Positions 1-13,711 are shown, numbered from the whole stretch's first letter. The stretch is 63,867 nucleotides of DNA, filler included, from Octopus bimaculoides (GCF_001194135.2; 7 parts of 7 records of this genome joined end to end with filler, not necessarily neighbours in it); one strand, 5' to 3'. Translations and numbers: made by a program. The notes: generated by a model from the sequence alone, not told the origin.

Positions 1-34
<34 letters not shown>

Positions 35-510
35 GTGTGTGTATACATAAATATATGTATATATACATATGTATACATATACACATACATATAAATATAT
101 ATAAATATCTATATAAATGTATATACGTAATCAATCCAGACATGAAGAAGCAAGAAACAACAACAGCAACAACGCGAGGACGTGGAATAAGTACAGTGTT
201 ATTGGACGCTCAGGAAAGGAAAGGAAAGAAAGAGGATCTAACGTTTCGATCGGAGATCTTCGTCAGAAATATAGAAAAAGTCCAAATAAGGGAAGACGGA
301 GAAAGGAAATCGCCAACGATACAGACGCGGTCATATTATATATATATACATAAGGAACAACACACAGGAAGAGATTTATAACTATGTATACGTGCGTATG
401 TACACTATCAATGAATTGTATATGTACGTGACCAAATGAATGTATGTGGCATATCAGAGATAGAGCGACAAAATACGGTAGTATATACAAACAGAGTATA
501 TTTACCAGGT

Positions 511-916
<406 letters not shown>

Positions 917-926
917 GTCTACCTCA

Positions 927-1605
927 CTTGTGTCGAGCCACAGTCATATTCACCTGATCGGCAAGACACTAAAAAAATACAAAGCGGTAACGTGAGCTAA
1001 AATTAGCTCGGAAACGTCAGTGGGCTTGCGGTTCGACACTTGGAGAAGCAAGCCCATGCCGTCCAACAACGTCTCCATCGTGGGACACAGGACCGACGGA
1101 CCGGTTAAATTGCTCGGGTTCTGGTTCGGTCCAGACCTGCAACAGTAAAAGAACTGGGACGAGATAGCGAGTAGGGTAGCCACTGTCACCCAGCAATGGG
1201 CCAAGAAGCTATCTCCAAAACGTCGGGCTGAGGTGGCGAATGCGTACATCACATCCGTCATCTACTACCATCTGACCATCGTGCCTTGTCCCTACCATCA
1301 CGAAACTGGAACGCATACTCTTCCGCTTTTTGTGGAAGGGAAACGTTCCGATGGTCAAGCGATCCATTTGCTGCCAACATCAGCTAAATAGCGGGTTGGG
1401 CATGCCGTGGTTGATTATGCGCAGACATGCGCTGAGACTGCGACATCTTCAGCGTTTCATAGACGACATTTTAACAGGTGTGGTCACCGTTTATGAGACG
1501 CACCTTCCCACAGATCGTCTCATTCACCGAACTGCAATCGTACATCAAGTAGAGACTGAAGCTGGGATAATGGCACCGCGAGTGTCACCATGGTGTCCAG
1601 ATCAG
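927..1605 (+). mobile_element. Decayed L1/Tx1-clade LINE fragment (RT C-terminal part and downstream domain)
   Basis: Manual translation: LVSSHSHIHLIGKTLKKYKAVT*AKISSETSVGL...GPVKLLGFWFGPDLQQ*KNWDEIASRV...RAEVANAYITSVIYYHLTIVPCP, then a frameshift, then KLERILFRFLWKGNVPMVKRSICCQHQLNSGLGMP. This matches the L1/Tx1 ORF2 pattern and carries stops and a frameshift. Confidence 0.85.
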
Positions 1606-1989
1606 TTAATTATGATTTTATTCAAAATATTCTCCTCTTAGATTCACTCACTTATTGCAACGGTCCTTCAATATTTCTAAGCCCTGTAAAAGAACTGGGA
1701 ATGCTGGGCCTCCAGCCAGGCCTTTCGTGACACCCTTAAAGCCAGGAACTTTTCAGTACCCTCTCGTATGTATGTATGTATGTATGGTGTTATATGTGTG
1801 TGCGTTCTCGCGCGGATATTGGTGCGCGCATGCATATACCTTTGCTGCTATATATATAGCTATGACCGAAACATCATTATCATGAATAATAAAATTTATT
1901 TCGGAATATTCTTCTGCACGAGGAGGAGAGTTTGTTTCTTCAATCTCCATCACCGTTTATATTTTTACTCTTGAGTTACGTTAATCCTC

Positions 1990-2180
1990 ATCAACATCAT
2001 CATCATCATAATCGTCTTCATAGACAGGGTCGTTATGGTCATCATGATCATCACCATCATCATCGTCGTCGTCGTTATGATCATAATGATGATGATGATG
2101 ATGATCACCGTCGTCATCGTCATCATCATCATCATCATCATCATCCTCATCATCGCCACCGCCATTATCATCATTACTTC
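1990..2180. repeat. Imperfect (CAT)n/(GAT)n trinucleotide array
   Basis: Direct; explains the poly-His/Asp/Met ORFs. Confidence 0.95.
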
Positions 2181-3077
2181 TGAATTTTATATCTAAACAA
2201 TTCTGCAGCTCTAAAAAATAATAATAAGAAAATCCGGAAAGAGAGACATCCTCCATTACACATTCTTGTTTTGTTGCTATTATTTAATTGTTTCGATATT
2301 AGCCTTTTGTCTTGTTTTGTTGATCGAATTCAAAGAGAAATGAAAAACACCCACACCCACTCCGCTGCAAAAAGCCCCCCCCCCCCNNNNNNNNNNNNNN
2401 NNNNNNNNNNNNNNNNNNNNNNNNNNNNNNNNNNNNNNNNNNNNNNNNNNNNNNNNNNNNNNNNNNNNNNNNNNNNNNNNNNNNNNNNNNNNNNNNNNNN
2501 NNNNNNNNNNNNNNNNNNNNNNNNNNNNNNNNNNNNNNNNNNNNNNNNNNNNNNNNNNNNNNNNNNNNNNNNNNNNNNNNNNNNNNNNNNNNNNNNNNNN
2601 NNNNNNNNNNNNNNNNNNNNNNNNNNNNNNNNNNNNNNNNNNNNNNNNNNNNNNNNNNNNNNNNNNNNNNNNNNNNNNNNNNNNNNNNNNNNNNNNNNNN
2701 NNNNNNNNNNNNNNNNNNNNNNNNNNNNNNNNNNNNNNNNNNNNNNNNNNNNNNNNNNNNNNNNNNNNNNNNNNNNNNNNNNNNNNNNNNNNNNNNNNNN
2801 NNNNNNNNNNNNNNNNNNNNNNNNNNNNNNNNNNNNNNNNNNNNNNNNNNNNNNNNNNNNNNNNNNNNNNNNNNNNNNNNNNNNNNNNNNNNNNNNNNNN
2901 NNNNNNNNNNNNNNNNNNNNNNNNNNNNNNNNNNNNNNNNNNNNNNNNNNNNNNNNNNNNNNNNNNNNNNNNNNNNNNNNNNNNNNNNNNNNNNNNNNNN
3001 NNNNNNNNNNNNNNNNNNNNNNNNNNNNNNNNNNNNNNNNNNNNNNNNNNNNNNNNNNATATATATATACATATATA

Positions 3078-3111
<34 letters not shown>

Positions 3112-3280
3112 TGTTTGTGTGTGTGTATGTGCGTGTGGGTGTGTCCGCTTGGGATGTCTATATATTAAATACATTCTCTTGCAAACACATGACTCAGTTT
3201 TACTTTATTTAGATAGTTTGATCTAATGGCTAGAGCACCAGCAATAAATTACTAATCCAGATATACAGCAGGCAATAATA

Positions 3281-3362
<82 letters not shown>

Positions 3363-3369
3363 CAATAAC

Positions 3370-3734
3370 AACAAGAGCACTCATCGAGCGCAAATCTCTG
3401 CCAAGTCAACACCAACGTCCTCTCTACAGTTAGAGTTGATTTTTAAAATGAGAATATCTGAAATAAACTCGACTGCTCTCGCAAACGAGAATACAAAAAA
3501 ATGAACCCAGGCGCTCACAAAAATTAAGTAAAAAAAAAAGTGAAAATAATCCAGAATCCTTGTCCAGTACCGGATCGATCCCCAAATCTAGTCAGTTCGT
3601 GTCAGTCACGAGGCCAATCATCTCTGAAAGTTTCATCCGAATCCATCAAGCGGTTCTAGAAATATCTTGTCCACGGATAAACAAACAAACGCGGCTGAAA
3701 ACAATACCTCTGCCTTCGCTGACATGGAGGTAAT
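3370..3734 (+). mobile_element. Putative non-autonomous Helentron/DINE-1-like (HINE) element
   Basis: atctctgcc (3394-3402) recurs as acctctgcc (3706-3714), which forms an imperfect terminal hairpin with ggaggt (3726-3731). It has an internal (caaa)n stretch, lies in (AAT)n at both ends and has no ORF. Confidence 0.45.
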
Positions 3735-3761
3735 GATAATAACAATAACAACAACAACAAC

Positions 3762-3823
<62 letters not shown>

Positions 3824-3837
3824 CAAAAAAAAAAAAC

Positions 3838-4430
3838 GATGCGCTTCTCTGATCAGGCTACCGACAGCAAACACCAGCCTTTTCGTTAATAACTTCGCCA
3901 AAATCTTAAATTCTCTAGTACGTTCCCATTGTTGGCGTCCTGCCTCGGTAGTGTTACCACACCTCTGCTAACAGCATTAGGAATTCTCTCGTTCTGTTGC
4001 CAGTTGCGGTAGGCGTCTGCTAACAGGTCGCCAAACAAATCTGACATCAATACATAGAATTCATAGGGCAGACCATCCAAACCACGTGATCTGCGACTTG
4101 TGCAATCGCTCATCGCCTCCCAAATTTCAGCGGCTGTTATCAGCCTTTTCATGTAACATTGCGTCAACTGCCGAGAGCCACGGGAAGCAGTCCAGGTACG
4201 AACTAAAGTCCAGTACCGTCGTCGACCCATCGCCGATCGTATTAATATTATTATTGTTAAGATAACAATAATGATAATACGATCTGCTTTGACCAACTCA
4301 CCTGCCCATGCAGTCTCTACGGTCGCACCGGTTTGTCAGAAATTGAATTCGTCAGGCATCAGCAAGAAGCCCGCAACAGGCGCGGATATCTGCCCCACCC
4401 CACACTGCCAGTAAGTCTTCGTTCGCGAAG
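3838..4430 (-). mobile_element. Decayed L1/Tx1-clade LINE fragment (RT N-terminal part)
   Basis: ITAAEIWEAMSDCTSRRSRGLDGLPYEFY...IPNAVSRGVVTLP, followed after a deletion/frameshift by KILAKLLTKRLVFAVGSLIREA (RT domains 0-2). Confidence 0.85.
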
Positions 4431-4529
4431 CCAAGTCCTACGATGTATATATGACAGAAGAGAAATGAGTTTGTAAAAACAACCCGGAATGTAAGTTCTG
4501 TGCGTTTATTTAGTTTTGTTGCGACAGAG

Positions 4530-4534
4530 TAAGA

Positions 4535-4631
<97 letters not shown>

Positions 4632-4735
4632 TATGTGTGTGTGTGTCTGAGAGAGAGAGAGAGAGAGAGAGTATGTGTGTGTGTGTCTGAGAGAGAGAGA
4701 GAGAGAGAGTGTGAGAGAGAGAGAGTGAAAGGAGA
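4530..4735. repeat. (GA)n/(GT)n microsatellite
   Basis: Direct. Confidence 0.97.
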
Positions 4736-5282
4736 GAGTAAGAATGAGAGAAGATGTCTCAGCTGTTAGAGGTGTCTTGTACGTGCTAATCTTGTAGCCT
4801 GTGGGAGAACTTGAATCCTCCAAGCTCTGTTATCTTTCTGTTTCTCAAAGAAAGCCTGTCCTTTATTTAGACGCCATATTATCATTTATTAATGTGTGAA
4901 CAAGTCAGAGTTAAAAAAACTCAATTGTTTCACTCAACCCGAGAAGACTCCATGACGCCAACTCTTTTTTTTTTTTTTCTAGGTGGGGGCATCAGCTTTT
5001 CAGTGGCCATTTTGCATTGTATTACTTAACAAATGTAGAAACAATTTTGAATATTGTGGTTTTGCTTTGAATAAAGAGAATTTCAATTTCAAATCCTGGT
5101 CGCAAGATATATAGAGTAATTCGTGTGAAAAGTTTTGTGAAACAAAAGTAATATAAATGATGTTTGTCCAGATCTCTAAAATAACGGAATAGATTTATAA
5201 GTATAGTGCGTATGTTTATTTGGCAAAAAGAAAAAGATGACCATCCCCAAATATAACAATACACACACACACACACACACAA

Positions 5283-5359
<77 letters not shown>

Positions 5360-5382
5360 CACGATATTATTTTCATGTATGT

Positions 5383-5586
5383 AAGGCGGCGTGTTGGCAG
5401 AATCGTTAGCGCGCCGGGTAAAATGCTTAGCGACATTTCGTCCGTCTTTATGTTCTGAGTTCAAATTCTGACCTGGCCACCTTCATCCTTTCGGGTCGAT
5501 AAAATAAGTACCAGTTGAGCGCTGTGGTCGATGTAATCGACTTGCTTTCCTCCCCCTAACTTGCTGGCCTTGTGCTAAAATTTGAT
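5383..5586 (+). mobile_element. tRNA-derived SINE family A (Nin/Deu-like core)
   Basis: A-box-like tggcagaatcg, B-box-like agttcaaattc and core ccttcatcctttcgggtcgataaaataagtaccag; many copies in the window. Confidence 0.85.
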
Positions 5587-5605
5587 GCCATTATTTGTAA
5601 GCATG

Positions 5606-6885
5606 TATGTGGGCTGAAGATTACATAGGCTGACTGTGAAGGAGTGTTGTCAGAACTGTGAAATCTTACATGAATTCATTTCAACAACGCTTATTAACAA
5701 CTGCATTATTTCTTTCAAGGTAAACTGATATTTGACTGTTCAAAGAAGACTTCAAATGTAAGTGGTACGACGTCCTTTGAAAAAGGGACAAAATTTGGTT
5801 GCATGCTGTTATCAAGTGCCTGCAGAAAGGGTTTAGCCCCCAAGGACATTCATTGCTGACATGCTTGCTACATTAGGAGTTGTCGCTTCAGTTTTATCAG
5901 CAGTGCAAAAGTGAGCAGCTGAATTTAGGAGACGAACACAGAGTCTTGAAGATGACCCAAGGTCTCGACGTCTTGCAACTGCCACCACCGAGGAAAACAT
6001 TGATCGTGTTCATCACATGACAGATGACAGGCGATTGACTATAAATCAAATAGCAAATGCTATAAGCATATTCCGTGAGAGAGTTGAGAATATTCCGCAC
6101 AATGATCTTGGCATGACGAAGGTTTCTACTCGGTGGGTGCCACGTCATTGGACACCAGATCAAAAATACACCAAGCTGATCAAATTACGGGAAAATCTGA
6201 CACTGTTTGAAGCAGACCCAGCTAGTTTCCTTGAACGTTTTCTAACGCAACGTGAGCGTGGTCTTCATTACTTTGAACCAGAGACAAAGAGATAATCAAT
6301 GCAGGGGAATCATTCCTCCTCACCTGCTCCAAACAAGTCCAAGGTTATTTCATCTGTAAGGAAAATGATAGCTTCAATTTTGGGGCTGCAAAAGGCATTG
6401 TGTTTATTGACTAACTTCGGAAGGGCCGCATCATCAATGGAGGGTTGTAAGCAAACTTTCTGTGGAAGTTATGAAAGGCTATCAATACCAAACGCTTAGG
6501 AAATCTGACTAGAGGGGTTTTGTTTCACTAGGACAGTACTCCAGTGCACTCAAGTCCTTTATTTCAATGGCTGCGGAACGTGACTGTGGCTTTGAACTAT
6601 CTGATTAACCGCCTTACTTTCCTGATTTATCCCCATCTGACTATCATCTGTTTCCAAGCATGAGAAAACACTTGGCTGGGAATCAGTATCGCAGTGATGA
6701 TGACGTCATCAGCTGTTGATGACATTTTTTGACCATCACGATAAAAGCTTCTTCACCAATGGGATCCAAGCACTGCAACCCCGATGTGGACTGCCAGAGG
6801 AACTATGTTGAAAAATAAACCTCATTTAGTCACATTCCATTAGGGTATTTTGGTCAGCCTGTGTACTTTTCAGCCAACCCTCGTA
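5606..6885 (+). mobile_element. Full-length decayed mariner (Tc1/mariner, DD34D type) DNA transposon
   Basis: About 1.28 kb. Right TIR cagcctgtgtacttttcagccaaccctcg+TA; degenerate left TIR TA+tgtgggctgaagattacataggctg; transposase motifs inside. Confidence 0.9.
5784..6818 (+). pseudogene. Mariner transposase pseudogene
   Basis: STVQK*AAEF, LEDDPRSRRLATATTEENID, RWVPR, FLERFLT, FEPETK, PPYFPDLSPSDYHLFP and YVEK*; multiple stops and frameshifts. Confidence 0.9.
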
Positions 6886-6890
6886 TAAGT

Positions 6891-7090
6891 ATACGACGGA
6901 ATTTAGTTTTCACCTGCTTAATCCACTCACGAGATTTTATCGGCCCGGGGCTATAGTAGAAGGCACTTGCCCAAGATTCCTCTCAGTTGGACTGAATCCA
7001 GAACCATGTTGTTGAACAGCAAACTTATTACCACAAATCCATACCTGCGCCTAAGCCACATCTGCGCCTATGCGACACCTGCGCCTATTA
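6891..7090 (-). mobile_element. SINE family B head (decayed), next to three tandem ctgcgccta units
   Basis: Homologous to the family B head at 15140-15300. Confidence 0.7.
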
Positions 7091-7559
7091 ATAACATTTG
7101 AGTTTATTGATTACATTTCGTAAATATGAGTTGCAACTGAAGATAGAACGAAATGCTGACGGAAAGTAATGCGAAAGCTCCTCATTGTACTTTGTATAAC
7201 TGGTTCCCATAAACCTGTATGTGTTGTCTTATCAGATAATTACCGTATGCTATAGAGTCGGCCCTTTAATAAAGGTGGGTGATAGCGGGAGATGTGCGTG
7301 ACAAACAGTGAGAGGAAAGAGAAAGAAAATTTCAAAATAGGGGAGGGGAAGACAAGTGTTAAGTAGAGAATGGAAAAGTTGAATAGGAAAGAGATAATTC
7401 AAAAGACAATGGAGGACGTGTAATGATACATATAACTGTATATCTATATCTATATGTATGTATGCATGCAAGCATGTATGTATGTATTATGTATGCCTGT
7501 ATGTATGTATGTATGTATGTATGTATGTATGTATGTATGTATGTATGTATGTATGTATG

Positions 7560-7609
<50 letters not shown>

Positions 7610-9187
7610 CATATCAGAGAGCCCTTTAAGAGGTAATTATATCATTGACATAATGTGTACGTGTGTGTATGTGAGCGAATGAAATACAAGACTACATATA
7701 CACACGCACATTACACGCACACACACACATACAAAAAGAGGAGAGATCATGTGAAAGTGAGTGGGATATGGACGTAGACAAAGGGATGTAAGAAAGAGAA
7801 ATCGAAAAGACAATTATATATATATATACACACACACACATCTATATGTATATGAAGACACACACATACCTACATATATATATGTATGCATAAATGCGTA
7901 TATATGTATATAGATATACATAAATGCATCCATATATATGTCAATACACACGCATGCTCGCGAACGTAGAGACTGAGAAAATAGACAGACGAGAAGAGAG
8001 AGATAAAGGGAAGAAGGGAGAGGCATATATATATATATANNNNNNNNNNNNNNNNNNNNNNNNNNNNNNNNNNNNNNNNNNNNNNNNNNNNNNNNNNNNN
8101 NNNNNNNNNNNNNNNNNNNNNNNNNNNNNNNNNNNNNNNNNNNNNNNNNNNNNNNNNNNNNNNNNNNNNNNNNNNNNNNNNNNNNNNNNNNNNNNNNNNN
8201 NNNNNNNNNNNNNNNNNNNNNNNNNNNNNNNNNNNNNNNNNNNNNNNNNNNNNNNNNNNNNNNNNNNNNNNNNNNNNNNNNNNNNNNNNNNNNNNNNNNN
8301 NNNNNNNNNNNNNNNNNNNNNNNNNNNNNNNNNNNNNNNNNNNNNNNNNNNNNNNNNNNNNNNNNNNNNNNNNNNNNNNNNNNNNNNNNNNNNNNNNNNN
8401 NNNNNNNNNNNNNNNNNNNNNNNNNNNNNNNNNNNNNNNNNNNNNNNNNNNNNNNNNNNNNNNNNNNNNNNNNNNNNNNNNNNNNNNNNNNNNNNAGTGA
8501 GAGATAAAGTTGGTGAAATAAAAAAAAAAGAGAGATTAGAGTGATGATGAAGTTTAATCCGGCACGTGTCTGGCTTAGGGCTATAATCTGCAGAAGAGTG
8601 TCTATTGAATACTCTGCTATTAATGAAGGAGATGAATGAACAAAGAAAAAGAAGGGAAGATAAAGAAATATATAGAAAATCCTACTTCCGCCCAGATTAG
8701 ATGTGACTTCCGCTGTAATTTACTCAACTGGTTTCTGCCCGCCATTTTTTAAAATACTTGCACACCTGTAGATACGCACATACACACTCTCTCTTTCTTC
8801 CCCGCCCCCCTCTCTCTCTCTTTCTCCCTCTCACACATGTTTTATAACTTTGTGTTACGAACGAGCTGAAAAGTGTTCAATACAAACTGTAAAATTTATT
8901 TATTTGGAAAGGACGGATTATTCAATTAGTACTTCTACTCAGAGTTTCTCGCTGCGTTTAATCAAAGAGATGAATCTTATCTATGTATAAACACGTGCAT
9001 ACATGCATATATATACATACGTAGATTTATAGATACATATATACACACACACATACTTACATACATGCTTACATACATACATACATACATACATACATGT
9101 ATACATACATACATACATACATACATACATACATACATACATACATGCATACATACATACATACATACATACATACATACATACATA

Positions 9188-9442
9188 CTCTTTACTCTTT
9201 TTACTCATTTACTTGTTTCAGTCATTTGACTGTGGCCATGCTGGAGCACCGCCTTTAGTCGAGCAAACCGACCCCAGAACTTATTCTTTGTAAGCCTCGT
9301 ACTTATTCTATCGGTCTCTTTTGCCGAACCGCTAAGTTACGGGGACGTAAACACACCAGCATCGGTTGTTAAACGATGTTGGGGGGACATACACAGATAC
9401 ACAAACATATACACACACATACATACATACATACATACATAC

Positions 9443-9482
<40 letters not shown>

Positions 9483-9810
9483 NNNNNNNNNNNNNNNNNN
9501 NNNNNNNNNNNNNNNNNNNNNNNNNNNNNNNNNNNNNNNNNNNNNNNNNNNNNNNNNNNNNNNNNNNNNNNNNNNNNNNNNNNNNNNNNNNNNNNNNNNN
9601 NNNNNNNNNNNNNNNNNNNNNNNNNNNNNNNNNNNNNNNNNNNNNNNNNNNNNNNNNNNNNNNNNNNNNNNNNNNNNNNNNNNNNNNNNNNNNNNNNNNN
9701 NNNNNNNNNNNNNNNNNNNNNNNNNNNNNTGCCCAAAGTGCCACGCACTGGGACTGAACCCGGAACCATGTGGTTCGTTAGCAAGCTACTTACCACACAC
9801 CCACTCCTAT
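9188..9810 (-). mobile_element. Bipartite SINE family B: tRNA head, internal microsatellite (gap), CR1-like tail
   Basis: Tail at 9188-9390 and head fragment at 9730-9810, co-oriented, with TA/TACA repeat and gap between. Confidence 0.85.
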
Positions 9811-9871
9811 ATATGTATACATACATATATACATACATACTTACATATATACATATATACATACATATACA

Positions 9872-9907
<36 letters not shown>

Positions 9908-10109
9908 CATACTTACATAAATATGCACATACGTACATAGGTACATGCCTCTGAGTTTCTAAACTCAATAGATGCCCACACTTGGCCGAACGTATCCACA
10001 TCGCAATCAACACACAAATCGCATATTTAAAAACACCGGGAACTCTCTAAACTCAAAAAGTCTGGTTGCTTTGTTAGCAACGGCTTGAACTCTTTCAGGG
10101 AGAACTTAA

Positions 10110-10327
10110 CCCATTAGCTCCCGTGGTCCTTTTTCTTAGGACCAGAAGGATAATCCATCATATTTTTGCAACACCTGTATTTTTCTGAGATATCTTAAAT
10201 TAGTAATCAAGACTGGAGTGTCTTTCAAACATTGTAATAAAAATGTTTATATATCTAGTATCAGATAAAGTTGTACAAAAAAGATTATTGGTAATAAATC
10301 AAATAAAAATATTTTGGCACTAATGGG
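10110..10327. mobile_element. piggyBac-type MITE (218 bp)
   Basis: TTAA at 10106-10109 and 10328-10331; TIR cccattag/ctaatggg (10/12 when extended); CCC...GGG termini. Confidence 0.75.
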
Positions 10328-10809
10328 TTAAATAATATTAATGACTTGCAGGGGCGCAGTATTTGGTTATGCAAACATAATATACAATGAAGAATATTAA
10401 ACGTTTTTAATAAGTCAATACCATGTTCTACTGCGTTAGCAGAGTGCTTTTACATTACTTGTTAAGCCTATCTCTACAGATATTCTATAGAATTTGTTAC
10501 CAGTACCGATTTCTGTTACGATGTTTCGTATCTGAGACGTCAAATGTAAACAAACAATGAGATCAAAGATGAAAAAAGGGTAATGGGGGTATATACCATA
10601 TTTCGGGAATTTTTGCCCCTTCATCAGTACCCATTTAACCTTTCAATTATCCTCGAACACATTGCTTAAATAACCTCTATGTACAGCGGTGTAACGTTAT
10701 TGGATATACCATTTTTACATACTTTACCAATTTTACATATTACATATTTTAATAATTCCTATAGAATATCTATAGAGATAACGTTAACAAATGAACTTAA
10801 ATAAAGCGA

Positions 10810-11122
10810 GGTTCAGTCCCACTGCGTCGCACCTTGGGTAAGTGTCTTCTGCTATAGCTTAGGGCCGACTAAAGCCTTGTGAGTGGACTTGGTCGGCGGA
10901 ATTGTTGGAATTTACAAAAAACAAAAGACGAAGACAGGTGTGTAAACAACAAGCAGGTGTATTAGTTTAACGCTCGGGTAGGTGAGACTGTCTTTTACGT
11001 TTCGAGCCTACGTTCTTCAACAGAACGGAACACCAGAAAATAAACAGAGAGAATAAAAAAAGAAAACTTTAGTAGCTAGCGGTCAATCATGGCATATATA
11101 TATGTGTGTGTGTGTATGTGTA

Positions 11123-11157
<35 letters not shown>

Positions 11158-11360
11158 ATGGATTTATGTGCCTATGTTCGTCCCCCCACCATCGCTTGAT
11201 AACTGATGATGGTGTGTTTACGTCCCCGTAACTTAGTGGTTCGGTAAAAGATTCCGGTAGAATAAGTACTAGGTTTACAAAGAATAAGTCCTGGGGTCAA
11301 TTTGTTCGACTAAAGGCAGTGCTTCAGCATGGCCACAGTCAAATTACTGAAACAAATAAA
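10810..11360 (+). mobile_element. Bipartite SINE family B carrying a ~180-bp foreign insert (~10912-11093)
   Basis: Head ggttcagtcccactgcg...gccttgtgagtgga, then insert, (TG)n and tail ...ggcagtgcttcagcatggccacagtc. Confidence 0.8.
10991..11026 (-). ncRNA. Degenerate minimal hammerhead-ribozyme-like motif
   Basis: Minus strand reads gtt CTGTTGA A GAAC-gtag-GCTC GAAAC GTA aaaga. The core A6 is changed to U, stem II has one mismatch and stem I is weak. Confidence 0.4.
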
Positions 11361-11973
11361 ACAATATCTACATAATTAATACATACACATACAGATACAT
11401 ACATATACATAGTGGAAATCAACTCGTGACCGAGTAAGACGACGTCCTAAACTCAATAAGTCTGTGAAACGGTCAGAGAATATCAGAAGTACCTGTGTGT
11501 GAATTTGTTTTTAGTGGATTAAGTGCTGCACAGCACTGAATCCATTCTCCATCGCAATCAGCTATAAAACCAGTAACACTATAGAGTTTGAAATGACCAG
11601 AAACCAACTGCACTTCATGTTTTTTTTTTCTCACGAGATTGGTTCCTCCTAGAAGGATGTTCTAATGTTAAATAGGGGCCCGTTTTCGCTCCAGTTGTTC
11701 ATATGCAAGTTAACCCGTAACTGGGACACTAGTGGCTAAGAGTTGGTTCCACATTCCTGAAAACTCCCCGAAACTCTCGTACCAGGCCCCCACTATCGGA
11801 TGCAATTCAAAGTCATGATCAGGATATACAGACATACATGCATATATATACGCATGGATACATTCATTGATATATATATATACACATAGATACATACATA
11901 AATGCATGCATGCATACATACATGTATATTTACGTGCATATATGCATATGTGTACATGCTTACATGAATATAT

Positions 11974-12014
<41 letters not shown>

Positions 12015-12099
12015 CAGACACGCATAAATGCATACATAAATACAAAGGGTTGTCATGCCTCCCGGTTTGACTAAGTACTGCCAAATTTGACCTTCTTCT

Positions 12100-12385
<286 letters not shown>

Positions 12386-12440
12386 CAACAACATCGAAAA
12401 ATACCTTACAAATGAGAACCCAGGTTCGAAATTTCCCCAA

Positions 12441-12486
12441 GACACCTGATGAAGGCTGGAGGGTATATCAGCCGAAACGTTGTGTT
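12441..12486 (+). ncRNA. Minimal type I hammerhead ribozyme
   Basis: GACAC (stem I), CTGATGA, A, GGCTG/CAGCC (stem II), GAAAC, GTT, GTGTT (stem I partner). All conserved core nucleotides are present, and the loopless palindromic stem III (AACGTT) resembles Penelope-type minimal hammerheads. Confidence 0.8.
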
Positions 12487-13407
12487 AACAACAAACAAGA
12501 TGAGGACAAATATCCGTCAAACATAAATAATGTAAATAATGTATTCAATAGGAGATTAACAACTGACAATAATTTGCTCACTCTCTCTCTCTTCCCCCTC
12601 TCTCTCTTTTCCCCTCTCTCTCTCTTTCCCCCTCTCTCTCTTTTCCCCTCTCTCTCTCCCTCTCTCTTCCCCCGTGCAATTCCTACTCGGCTCTGTCTGT
12701 TTTTATTTTCTTGTTTAGCTGCAGGCCACCTCCAATTAAGCAAAATACTATGCTTTGTAATTCGTAACAGCTGTAACAACTACGTAGAACGTATCTTGCT
12801 TACGTGAAATGTTTTAGCCGAAGTTGTTTGGATTTGATATCTTGATATCTTCTGACGATATCAAATAAATAATTGAGCCGATCCCTGCACCAAGAAACAA
12901 TAGAAATAAGTGATAATATCAGATCTATAACATACGATATACTTTAGATAATAAATCTCCAAGTTTGGCTTAAATTGACCTGTGGACTGTGTAAAGTACT
13001 TTATCTTTTTGACATGTAAATCAATTTATTATCGTTTTTCGATCGATTTCAAGTTATAAAAATCGATAGCACATACGAAAAGCTAGCTATTTCAGTAAAC
13101 ATGATATTCTTCGTAGTACTGTGTATGTTGTTTTCCTTCAAATAAAGAAGGCGTAGAAGATTGGTCTTCTCATAGAGAATTCACCAGTGCTTGATTTTTC
13201 AAAGAGATAACAGTCAAACCTCCCTCATGTCACCTGCTGTTCAATTACTACGTCTGAAACAAAAGTTTTTTTTTTGTTTTTTTTTTTCATTTTGGTTATT
13301 CGTTTGCTGGAACAAGGTTGACTCGTAGCTGTACCAGAGGTCTTTTGACTGCGTAGACATTTTACAGCTGAATAAACAGTTAGATCATAAAAATGTTAAA
13401 TGTTGAC

Positions 13408-13438
<31 letters not shown>

Positions 13439-13640
13439 GCACACCGATATATGCACACATATATATATACATATACATATACATATATATATGCATATAT
13501 GTGTACATATATATGTATATATTTGTGTGTATATATATTTATATATATATATATATATATAAATATATATCTATATTAATAGTTATCGCCAAGCCAACAT
13601 GTTTATATATATATAATATATATATATATATGTATGTATG

Positions 13641-13674
<34 letters not shown>

Positions 13675-13676
13675 TG

Positions 13677-13711
<35 letters not shown>

